Shown one piece after another: positions 36,471-46,264 of a DNA stretch of 64,000 nt. Position numbers and translations under genes: made by a program. The notes under the pieces were generated by a model. The model had not been told where the DNA came from. It worked only from the letters and a program-made list of their open reading frames with translations, and made no database searches. The stretch lies in NCBI GenBank assembly GCA_002269645.1, contig NIVC01000593.1, positions 181,454 through 245,453 on the forward strand, in the 5' to 3' direction. The DNA is from Macrostomum lignano (lineage: Eukaryota). Every line of letters starts with the position of its first letter. The stretch's first letter is position 1.

Positions 36471-36848
36471 GTTCCCCGCACCTTTGCCGAGGACTTAAAG
36501 CGGCACTTTGATCAGCTGACTGCAGCCGCGGCCGCCGCCTCCGCCACCGGCGCCGCCGGCGCTGCCTCCGAAGATTCGGTCTCGACGCCGACGCATTCCT
36601 CGACGGATGTCTACAGCCAGAGGCAGCTGGCGGAGCTGATCGATCACGTGAGCAGGCTGCCTCCCGGATGTCCGGACAGGCGCAGATTCGAGCGCCGATT
36701 TCAAAGCCACCTCCTTCAACAGCAGAAGCAGCAGCAGCTGTTGGCACAGAAAAAATCCGACTCAATCAGGCGTCGGTGGAGAGAAATTTCCGACTCGTGC
36801 GACGCCAGCGGCAGTCGGGGCGGCATTGGGCGACTGCTGTCGTTTCGG
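36471..36848 (+). CDS. ARHGAP19: ARHGAP19-like, exon 7
   Basis: LAELIDHVSRLPPGCPDRRRFERRF parallels ARHGAP19 LRELFQHVHDMPESAKKKQLIRQF; phase 0/0. Confidence 0.85.
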
Positions 36849-37019
36849 GTGAGAGATCCCAGCGATTGTCAATACTGGTACACATAGTCTGAAGATTTCC
36901 GGCTTTGGAGTTGCTATGGCTCATTTTTGTAGGGAAACTTCGAAATGTTTCGTTTCAAAGTGTCACTCTCACAGCCAATCAAATAGATTAGAATTTGCTG
37001 CCATTGTCATTCCTATAGT

Positions 37020-37330
37020 TAGCCTCTCTTATCGTTACTCCATTAGTCACTCCTATGGTCACTCCACTAGTCACTCCCACAGTCACTCCACTAGTCACTC
37101 CCACAGTCACTCCACTAGTCACTCCCACAGTCAATCCATTAGTCACTCCCACGGTCACTCCATTAGTCACTCTCAAGGTGACTAATCACTCCCACAATCA
37201 CTCCCACAGTCACTTCCATAATCACTCCCACAGTCACTCCATTAGTCACTCCCACGGTCACTCCAGTAGTCACTCCCACGGGCAATTAATTTGTCACTCC
37301 TGGTCCCATCTTCACTCCCCATTAGTCACT
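37020..37330. repeat. AGTCACTCC-core minisatellite, RhoGAP intron 7
   Basis: Shares its core with the intron 6 array. Confidence 0.88.
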
Positions 37331-37518
37331 CTCATCTTCGTACTAGTCTCTCTAGCCTCTCACAATCATTTAAGAAGTTTACTCACTGATTCGCGCCAGA
37401 TTCCAACCGATTGGGAAGTTAGTCCGATTGTTCCTACAATGCAGTCGTAAGCAACTCCCCCAGAACTGTAGCTGCCTCATCAACACTAAAAACTTCTACT
37501 TTCGATTTCTGTTGGCAG

Positions 37519-37608
37519 AAGCGATTGCGTCAGAGCGGCACCAGCTGCGCTAGACTACCCGACTGCAGTGGCTCAGCTGCAGTGGCGGCAGCATCTGCTG
37601 TCTGTGCG
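37519..37608 (+). CDS. ARHGAP19: ARHGAP19-like, predicted exon 8
   Basis: Acceptor tggcag|, donor |GTAAGC, 90 bp, phase 0/0, open frame; no homology support. Confidence 0.6.
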
Positions 37609-37804
37609 GTAAGCAAATTCAAATATTTTTTATTTATGAATTGTCTGCTAGAAAGCAGCTCAGAGACATTAGGAGCAGAAATACATGTTGCTACGTACTT
37701 GTCTGACGCAAGGACTACTAAAGTAGAAAGACGGGAAAATACGTTTCTTGGAAAATTTTAGGAGGCAGGATTTACGGAGAATGGAGGTTCCGTCGGAGAG
37801 GAGT

Positions 37805-38105
37805 CTTTTCTCCTCTCCTCTCATCTCTCCTCTCTCCTTTCATCTTTCCTCTCATCTCTTCTCTCTCCTCTCATCTCTCCTCACCTTTCATCTCCTCACC
37901 TTTCATCTCTCATCTCTCCTCTCATCTCTCCCCTCGTCTCCTCATCTTTCATCTCATCACCTTTCATCTCTCATCTCTTCTCTCGTCTCCTCACCTTTCA
38001 TCTCTCATCTCTCCTCTCGTCTCTCCCCTCGTCTCCTCACCTTTCATCTCTCATCTCATGTCTCATTTCTTCTCTCCTCTCTTCCATCATGTGTCATCTT
38101 CTCTT
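37805..38105. repeat. CT-rich low-complexity repeat, RhoGAP intron 8
   Basis: TCTCATCTCTCC-like units. Confidence 0.85.
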
Positions 38106-38266
38106 TGTTCTTCATTCCAATTCCCTCTCATTTATACTCTAATCTGGCCCTCAGCAAAGATCTAGATTCCTTACCTGGCCCTTGGAGTAAAGATTTTGCC
38201 CATCCCTGGCTTATAGGAAGAGCATGCATGGCGAACGTGGATTTTCAAATTCCCATTGTTTTTCAG

Positions 38267-38605
38267 CCGTCGCCGCTGAAATCTCCAGTGCAGCCGCCAA
38301 GGCAGCCGCTGCTTCGCCGTCTGCTGCTCCTGGCCGCGAGTCGCCGTCAGTCGGCCTCTTCAAGCAGCAGTCATCAGCGTCGGCGACAGCAGCAGCGCGC
38401 CGCGGTGGTGTCTTCGCCAAAGCTGACCTTCTGCGACGTCGCTCACGAATCGTCGGCAAGCTGCTTGTCGCCGTTGTCGTCGCCGACGAGGTCGCCGTCG
38501 ATCTGCCGCTGGCCAGCCTCGCCGTTGAATGGCATCAGCCAGGAGTCCACCGTGTTCGAAAGTCCCGCACGAGCGGCGCCGACCCAGCTGGTCACGGCGC
38601 TGTGA
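38267..38605 (+). CDS. ARHGAP19: ARHGAP19-like, predicted last exon (Ser/Pro-rich, ends VTAL-stop)
   Basis: Acceptor tttttcag|, GC-rich open frame to TGA; nine exons sum to 1794 nt = 597 aa plus stop. Confidence 0.65.
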   Translation, partial: PSPLKSPVQPPRQPLLRRLLLLAASRRQSASSSSSHQRRRQQQRAAVVSSPKLTFCDVAHESSASCLSPLSSPTRSPSICRWPASPLNGISQESTVFESPARAAPTQLVTAL

Positions 38606-39059
38606 ACTCGCTTTAAAACTACGGGTATAATAGATGTAAACTTGAGCTGTGATCAGCTAATTGTCTATCGCCTGTCTATAGGTGTGTAATATAAATGTGT
38701 CAATATCTACTAGATAAACTTATCTGATAATGGTCCCCAGAAAGTAAATTAATTTGTAAATAGAAATTGATTTTTTGCTGGCTTTGAAATCGTGATATAC
38801 ATTTTCTTGTAAATAAAACAAACCCATGCAGCTTTAATGGCTTTTAGCATGAAAAAATTAAATACGTTTTTAATTAATCAATCATTTTGTTTGTTTACGA
38901 CAAAACAACCAAGTAAGAAGTCATGGTTTTTATGGTGACGTCAGCTTAAGCGATGTAATGGAGCGATGTAAAGTTTAGCCAATGTCTCGCCAATGTTTGG
39001 TTAAATATCTCATAATATAAGTATAACCCTTTCCACTGGCCGTAACGAATTATGGGTCG

Positions 39060-39710
39060 CATTCACAAGCTCGAAAAAAGCTCAAAACTTCAAAAGCTTC
39101 ATCACAATCTCGAAGCTTCATCACAAGCTCAAAACTTCATCACAATCTCAAAACTTCATCACAAGCTCGAAGCTTCATCACAAGCTCGAAGCTTCATCAC
39201 AAGCTCGAAGCTTCATCACAAGCTCGAAGCTTCATCACAAGCTCGAAGCTTCATCACAAGCTCAAAACTTCATCACAAGCTCGAAGCTTCATCACAAGCT
39301 CGAAGCTTCATCACAAGCTCAAAACTTCATCACAAGCTCGAAGCTTCATCACAAGCTCAAAACTTCATCACAAGCTCGAAGCTTCATCACAAGCTCAAAA
39401 CTTCATCACAAGCTCGAAGCTTCATCACAAGCTCAAAACTTCATCACAAGCTCGAAGCTTCATCACAAGCTCAAAACTTCATCACAAGCTCGAAGCTTCA
39501 TCACAAGCTCAAAACTTCATCACAAGCTCGAAGCTTCATCACAAGCTCGAAGCTTCATCACAAGCTCGAAGCTTCATCACAAGCTCGAAGCTTCATCACA
39601 AGCTCGAAGCTTCATCACTATTTCGAAACATCACAAGCTCGAAACTTCATCTCAAGCTCGAAACTTCATCACAAGCTTGAAAAATCACAATCTAGCACTT
39701 CGAGCTTGTG
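39060..39710. repeat. 19-bp minisatellite (TCACAAGCTCRAARCTTCA)n
   Basis: About 33 copies in two alternating variants. Confidence 0.95.
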
Positions 39711-40309
39711 AAATTTCAAGCTCATTTATTATGGCTCCTCAGTTATACGAGGAGCTCCTCGTATTTGCTGTACGTTGGCTGACTCAGTTAGTTTGCCTTA
39801 ATTTGATATTCCCCGCTGTAATGAAGTGACGACCTGCTTGCCATACTAGACCGCATCGTTCCACTTCACTGGTCAAGCAATTAAAAAAATTCTTAAGTAA
39901 AAAATACCCTAATTTCTTTGGTCTAGAGCAGAGATGCTGTCACACCTGATGAAGCTATTTCGCAATTTGATTTGATCCATCAAGCGGTGACGGATTGAAA
40001 TTGAATTGTCTTTTCATTTCTTCTTGCAACCCCCTCCCCAGTGTTTGCAGAGGCATCCCCTGGCCAAGCACAGTCCGAGATTTGATAATTTAAGGCTCAA
40101 ACTTTTATTTCAAACGTTGAGTAATGAGGAACGGCTCATGTTACTCCCTATTATGCTTGGTTTGGAATGTTTTTTTATCTAACGTAACCCCACCGGAGGC
40201 ACCCATTGCCAGAGATTCTCGATTCACCATTTTCAGTTTTCAGCTGCATTTTTGAGCTGTGCAGGCAAGCGGATTAAATTACTGATGACTGTGGGAACTT
40301 GCAAAAAGC

Positions 40310-41400
40310 AAAGATTAAGCGGAGAGTCTTACTGAGACGAAGCGTAAGCGGAGAGTCTTACTGAGACGGAGAGTAAGTGGAGAGAGTCTTGCCGAGACGG
40401 AGAGTATGCGGAGAGAGTATTACAGAGACGGAGAGTAAGCGGAGAGAGTCTCACTGAGACGAAGAGTAAGCGGAGAGTCTTACTGAGACGGAGAGTAAGC
40501 GGAGAGTCTCACTGAGACGAAGAGTAAGCGGAGAGTCTTACTGAGACGGAGAGTAAGCGGAGACAGTCTTGCAGAGACGGAGAGTAAGCGGAGAGAGTAT
40601 TACAGAGACGGAGAGTAAGCGGAGAGAGTCTCACTGAGACGAAGAGTAAGCGGAGAGTCTTACTGAGACGGAGAGTAAGCGGAGAGTCTCACTAAGACGA
40701 AGAGTAAGCGGAGAGAGTCTTGCAGAGACGGAGAGTAAGCGGAGAGAGGATTACAGAGACGGAGAGTAAGTGGAGAGAGTCTCACTGAGACGAAGAGTAA
40801 GCGGATAGAGGATTACAGAGACGGAGAGTAAGCGGAGAGAGTCTTGCAGAGACGGAGAGTAAGCGGAGAGAGTCTTGCAGAGACGGAGAGTAAGCGGAGA
40901 CAGTCTTGCAGAGACGGAGAGTAAGCGGAGAGAGTCTTGCCGAGACGAAGCGTAAGCGGAGAGTCTTACTGAGACGGAGAGTAAGCGGAGAGAGTCTTGC
41001 AGAGACGAAGAGTAAGCGGAGAGAGTCTTGCAGACACGAAGAGTAAGCGGAGAGAGTCTCAATGAGACGAAGAGTAAGCGGAGAGAGGATTACAGAGACG
41101 GAGAGTAAGCGGAGCGAGGATTACAGAGACGGAGAGTAAGCGGAGACAGTCTTGCAGAGACGGAGAGTAAGCGGAGACAGTCTTGCAGAGACGGAGAGTA
41201 AGCGGAGACAGTCTTGCAGAGACGGAGAGTAAGCGGAGACAGTCTTGCAGAGACGGAGAGTAAGCGGAGACAGTCTTGCAGAGACGGAGAGTAAGCGGAG
41301 ACAGTCTTGCAGAGACGGAGAGTAAGCGGAGACAGTCTTGCAGAGATGGAGAGTAAGCGGAGACAGTCTTGCAGAGACGGAGAGTAAGCGGATAGAATTT
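40310..41400. repeat. 29-31-bp minisatellite (GAGACGGAGAGTAAGCGGAGACAGTCTTGCA)n
   Basis: About 35 variant copies, homogeneous at the 3' end. Confidence 0.95.
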
Positions 41401-41855
41401 TATTGATGTCGAGTGTAAGCGAAGAGAGACTTACAGAGATTTAGATATTTTGAGACAGTTTAGACAGTTTACCTGAAAATCAAGAGCCAAGCTACGCACT
41501 ATTTCCCAAAGATTTCAGATTGCCAAAGCCCATGGATAGCAACAACAGCGGCGCACATGGGGCACCGCAACGGTCCAGATGGCCACCAATATTAGCGCAT
41601 ACGGCTTGAAAATCAGAGCAGAAAAGGCGAACTCATCAATCACGGCAGGTGAGTATAATAAGTGGCTTTCTTATTACTGAAGTCTTGCCAATCTTTAGCC
41701 TGTGCCTCCGCATCGGGGCGTGAAATTCGCAGGTGTGTGAAAGGGGTATTATTAAACTGAAATTGCAGGACACAAAGTCTAAGCTCTAAAATTCTGGAGT
41801 CCATGGACAACTATTGTAACAGATTGGAGGAACTATGGTAATTAGAAGTTTTTTT

Positions 41856-42027
41856 CAGTCAGTCAGTCAGTCAGTCAGTCAGTCAGTCAGTCAGTCAGTC
41901 AGTCAGTCAGTCAGTCAGTCAGTCAGTCAGTCAGTCAGTCAGTCAGTCAGTCAGTCAGTCAGTCAGTCAGTCAGTCAGTCAGTCAGTCAGTCAGTCAGTC
42001 AGTCAGTCAGTCAGTCAGTCAGTCAGT
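41856..42027. repeat. (CAGT)43 microsatellite
   Basis: Perfect array. Confidence 0.98.
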
Positions 42028-42369
42028 TAAAACAATAGACGCTGAAGCACAATGGGAATTCAGTTCTGATCAGGTGTTTTATCCAAAGCATAGCCAGGAC
42101 TCAGGTGTCAGCTGCGCAGTGTGGGCCAAGTTTTAATTGGGTTCACACAGATGAGTCCTATGCACACCCGCTGAGAACAGTTGGAAGAGGAGACCACCAA
42201 GAGACAGCGTTTGAGCCGCATCGCATAGCAACCAACCAGCTATTAAAATTTAATTGGACTTGCTGTAAATCTGAGAGGAGCTGAAGGCCTATTTTTAGAG
42301 AAATGATCAGCTGTTTCGAAGAGCTCATGGACACTGGCTATTTTAGAAAAATCTTTCATTATTTTTTAG

Positions 42370-42790
42370 TTCACATCACCTTGAGTCACATTCTTTGATC
42401 ACTTGACCACTCAAGTTGAGTTCACATCACCTTGACTCACATCTTTGATCACTTGAACACTCAAGTTGAGTTCACAACACCTTGACTCACATCTTTGATC
42501 ACTTGATCACTCAAGTTGAGTTTACATCACCTTGACTCACATCTTTGATCACTTGATCACTCAAGTTGAGTTCACAACACCTTGACTCACATCTTTGATC
42601 ACTTGATCACTCAAGTTGAGTTCACAACACCTTGACTCACATCTTTGATCACTTGATCACTCAAGTTGAGTTCACAACACCTTGACTCACATCTTTGATC
42701 ACTTGATCACTCAAGTTGAGTTCACAACACCTTGACTCACATCTTTGATCACTCGATCACTCCAATTGAGTTCACATCACCTTGACATTT
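42370..42790. repeat. 50-bp minisatellite, ~8 copies
   Basis: Unit TCACAACACCTTGACTCACATCTTTGATCACTTGATCACTCAAGTTGAGT. Confidence 0.93.
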
Positions 42791-43344
42791 TATCACTCAT
42801 TCATAGCCAATTTAACAAAGAATGAAATCTTATCGCACTTGCAGCAACCAACCAAGTTAATTTGGCAGCGAATTGGCTCAACCGAGCTAAAAGATAAGAT
42901 CTAAATCAAATATTCCAAGGCGAAACCAGAACTGCTCACCCGAGGCCCTGGGCAGTTGAAAAAGCCTCAAAGCTATTCTCAATCCCGCCTAGGCGATAAC
43001 AAGCGGAGCAGGAACAAACCACTCCCCCTGTTGTTCTTCGGCCGAGCGTCTGCTGCCTTCCTCCTCCATTAGCAAGCGCAAAACTCCAGCAAGCCCGTTT
43101 GGCAGCCAGCCAGTGTTTGTTTGAGTTTTTAGAGACTGAAGAGACTGAATGGACCACCACAGGAACAGGCCAGTTGCCGGTTGTGGGAGTTGAGGCAGCT
43201 CAAACAAACTAGAAGGACCAGCGTTCGGTTTTAAAACTTTAAAACTGCGGAGAAATCTAATTTGAATTATTAATTAGGGGAAAGTGAGTCGAACACTCAC
43301 TTTTATGTGACAGATGGTACTAAAGTAGAAAAAAAGTGACGCCA

Positions 43345-43915
43345 AAAATTAGTGCTAAATTGGCGCTAACAATTAGCATTCTAAGTGGCGCCAACAATCG
43401 GCGTCAAAATTAGCGCCAACAATTAGCGTCAGAATGGCGCCAACAAATAGCGTCAGAATGGCGCCAACAAATAGCGTCAAAATTAGCGCCAATAACCAGA
43501 ATCAAAATGGTGCCAACAATTAGCGTTGGAATGGCGCCAATAATTAGTGTCATAATTAGCGCCAATAATTAGCGTCAAAGAGGCGCCAACAATTAGTGTC
43601 AAAATTAGCGCTAACAGTTAGAGTCAGAATGGCGACAACAATTAGCGTCAAAAGAGTACCAACAATTATCATTGAAGTGGCGCCAACAATTATCATTGAA
43701 GTGGCGCCAACAATTAGCTTCAAAAAGGCGCCAACAATTTGCCTTAAAAAGGCGCCAACAATTAGCTTCAAAAAGGCGCCAACAATTAGCCTAAAAAGGC
43801 GCCAACAATTAGCATTGAAGTGGCGCCAACAATTAGCCTAAAAAGGCGCCAACAATTAGTCTCAAAGGAGCACTAACGAGTGTGCCAAATTTAGCGCTAA
43901 AAACTGCGCCTAAAG
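43345..43915. repeat. Degenerate 24-bp minisatellite with GGCGCCAACAATTAGC core
   Basis: About 23 copies. Confidence 0.9.
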
Positions 43916-44171
43916 TACGTGAGGAGGGGGGGGGCGCGGCACAGTAGACTGGCGCAAAATTCTTGGTCAGAGATGAGCGCCATGATTAAAACTATCTCGA
44001 TAGATTTTATGAACAAAGCTTTGTGAACTGTAGACCAGGACGCAGTTTTACTCATTTAAGTCTGTTGAAAAAATAAAATTGAAAAAGAAAATCGGAATGA
44101 GTTCAGCTGCAAATTGGCAACTAAAAAGCTGTATATTTTGTTTGCGCCAGGGTTGCGTTAGAAATGAATGT

Positions 44172-44177
44172 TTTATT
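44172..44177 (-). promoter_or_regulatory. Polyadenylation signal AATAAA of the orphan ORF
   Basis: About 55 nt downstream of the stop at 44231. Confidence 0.5.
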
Positions 44178-44230
44178 TCGGCGGCTAACTGGAAAACTCG
44201 GAACACGCTGGGCGCAAGTATTGGTGGTCC

Positions 44231-45349
44231 TCAGCTCGAGTCGCAGCTGTGGAACACCTCGCTGGCGAGGCGCCGCATGAGCTCGGGCGACACGCGGACC
44301 TCCTCTGGCTGGACGGATTCGGCCGCCTGAGCCAAGAGGCCGCCGCCGCCGCCGCCGTCCGAGAATCGCAGCCGCTCCCTCAGCAGCGCCGGCGCCACAC
44401 ACGACGACTCCGTTGAGCAGCCGCCGCCGACTGGCACGGAGCGAAGAGGCAGCGAGCGGCGTCGGCGAGGATGCCACCGACTGTCGCGGCGACCGCCGCC
44501 GAGAGCGCCGAAATTCGAAGCTGCGGCGGCAGCGGCTGCTGCGGTTGCCAGCGCGGCGGCTCGTCGACGCCGGAAAAGTCGCCAGGTGTCTCTGCGCATT
44601 CGCTCGCCCCAGTTCATGCCGGCGGCAGCAGCAGCGGTGGCAGCGGCGGGTATAGCATCGTCGACGATGAATTCCACGAAGTCGTCGTTGGTTGCCGCTG
44701 GCCAGGGCACCGCGCCGGCGGCGAACTCGTCGCTAGACTGCGTCTCCTCCACGACCACTGCCTCTTCGGCTTCAGCTTCTTCAACGGCGCGCACCTCCTC
44801 AAAGGCGTCTTCGGCTTCGTCCAGTGCGATTTCAGCCTCGCTGTCGTCGTCGCCTTCAAAATCGTTGAAATCATCCGTTGTCGATGCGCCCAGCCTGTCG
44901 GCGTCGTTGAGCCCGGCGGAGGCGGAGGCCTCGTCGTCGGCGTCCTGCGCGGACTCGTCGGACGACGCCAGATCGCGTAGCGAGCGCGGCAGCTGGCGCC
45001 GGCGTGCAGCCAGTCGGCGCGCGATTCGTCGATGCTGCAGCAGCGAGGCCGCCGAAGCAGCCGGAGGCGGCTGAGGCGCAGCCGGCAAAGTCAAGCGCTG
45101 AGCGATTCGACGAACAGTGGCGGACTTCGATGTCGCCGCCGGCTGAGCGGTGGTCACCATGGCGGATTCGGCGGTTACGGCGGCGACGCTCGACACGATG
45201 GCGGCGGAGACGGCAGCAGACTGCAGAGTGTGCTGCCAGCCGTCCGCGGCGCCGCCGGAACCTTGAGCAGCCGTAGTGCTGTTGTGTGGCGAGCTGCTGG
45301 ACGATTCAGAATCCTCTGTGCTGTCCGTGCGAGTTCGGCGCCGCTGCAT
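44231..45349 (-). CDS. Hypothetical 372-aa low-complexity protein (Ser/Ala-rich, acidic core, Arg clusters)
   Basis: GC-rich long ORF with codon style like neighbouring genes; first ATG at 45349 after tgcag acceptor; AATAAA downstream; no family recognised. Confidence 0.6.
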   Translation of the reverse strand: MQRRRTRTDSTEDSESSSSSPHNSTTAAQGSGGAADGWQHTLQSAAVSAAIVSSVAAVTAESAMVTTAQPAATSKSATVRRIAQRLTLPAAPQPPPAASAASLLQHRRIARRLAARRRQLPRSLRDLASSDESAQDADDEASASAGLNDADRLGASTTDDFNDFEGDDDSEAEIALDEAEDAFEEVRAVEEAEAEEAVVVEETQSSDEFAAGAVPWPAATNDDFVEFIVDDAIPAAATAAAAAGMNWGERMRRDTWRLFRRRRAAALATAAAAAAAASNFGALGGGRRDSRWHPRRRRSLPLRSVPVGGGCSTESSCVAPALLRERLRFSDGGGGGGLLAQAAESVQPEEVRVSPELMRRLASEVFHSCDSS

Positions 45350-46264
45350 CGAGTGGCCGGCTGCTGCACGCACCCCCAATTATGTGATTTATTGGGCCGC
45401 TAGTTGGTGAAACATTTTCCGCCGACAGCTTGCAGAATTGTTAAATAACTTAAAGACTCTTTATGGCTCGTAGCAAATTGCTGGTGTTCTCAGCTGCCCT
45501 AAATTCACTGGCATTTGGTGTCTATGGTGAAAGGTTAAATTTAGCTTCAGTTTGTCATCATTGGGGCAGAGCGCAGATACTTAGCGAGAATAAATAGATG
45601 GGCTACTCAGCACATTTACGTCCAAGCTACTTACAGTTCAGTAGTAAGTTAAACAGAAGCATTTTAATGTATTTTTAAAGCCTCACTTATTGGCTCTTAC
45701 CCCCCCCCAGCTTAAACCCTCCAACCCAGCCTTTCCACACTAACCCCTCGCCCCGCCCCCAATTTTTATTGCCTTTCTCGGAATTGCAGACTAAAGCTGC
45801 CATGTACATTTCAGCGTACATTATTGCTGAATCAATTAGCAAGCTGTTTACGCCTGCAATCTTGGCTTCTAAACTTATCAAAGTGGTTTCAGCTGGCTTT
45901 ATTTTTATAAAATAGCTTATGTATTCTTCTTTGCTACTGAATTGGAAGTAGAGAGCTGTTTTAGTAAATGTAAATGCCTGAACAGACCATCAGCTACCAA
46001 TCAAACATAAAATAGCTTGTAACAAAAAATTATACACTAAATACGAATGTAATAATATATATATTTCAATAGTGAATGATTCAAATATGTCACACGTAGC
46101 TACAGTCTCAGACCTGCAAGTCAGAGTATATCAAAAAGAGCACGCTTTTCATTTTATCTGAAATTTTAAACGAAAAAATCTAAGATTAATTGTCCATCTT
46201 AAAGAACTGAAAGAGTATGACCTACTTTAATAGCAAGAAATAAATACGTCAATATCATAGGAAA

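Noticed and set aside
39052-39711. 219-aa ORF and possible heat-shock elements (GAAGCTTC)
   Set aside because: The ORF is the 19-bp repeat; each unit has only two nGAAn pentamers, short of a canonical HSE
41520-41655. GC-richer segment ending in a strong donor CAG|GTGAGT
   Set aside because: Short open frames only, no recognisable homology or partner exons
42370-42790. CRISPR-like appearance of the 50-bp array (and of 54079-54680)
   Set aside because: No unique spacers, no cas genes, eukaryotic context
42936-43210. Possible downstream exon of the orphan ORF (minus strand, LFELPQLPQ...)
   Set aside because: No usable donor in the upstream ORF, which has its own stop and AATAAA
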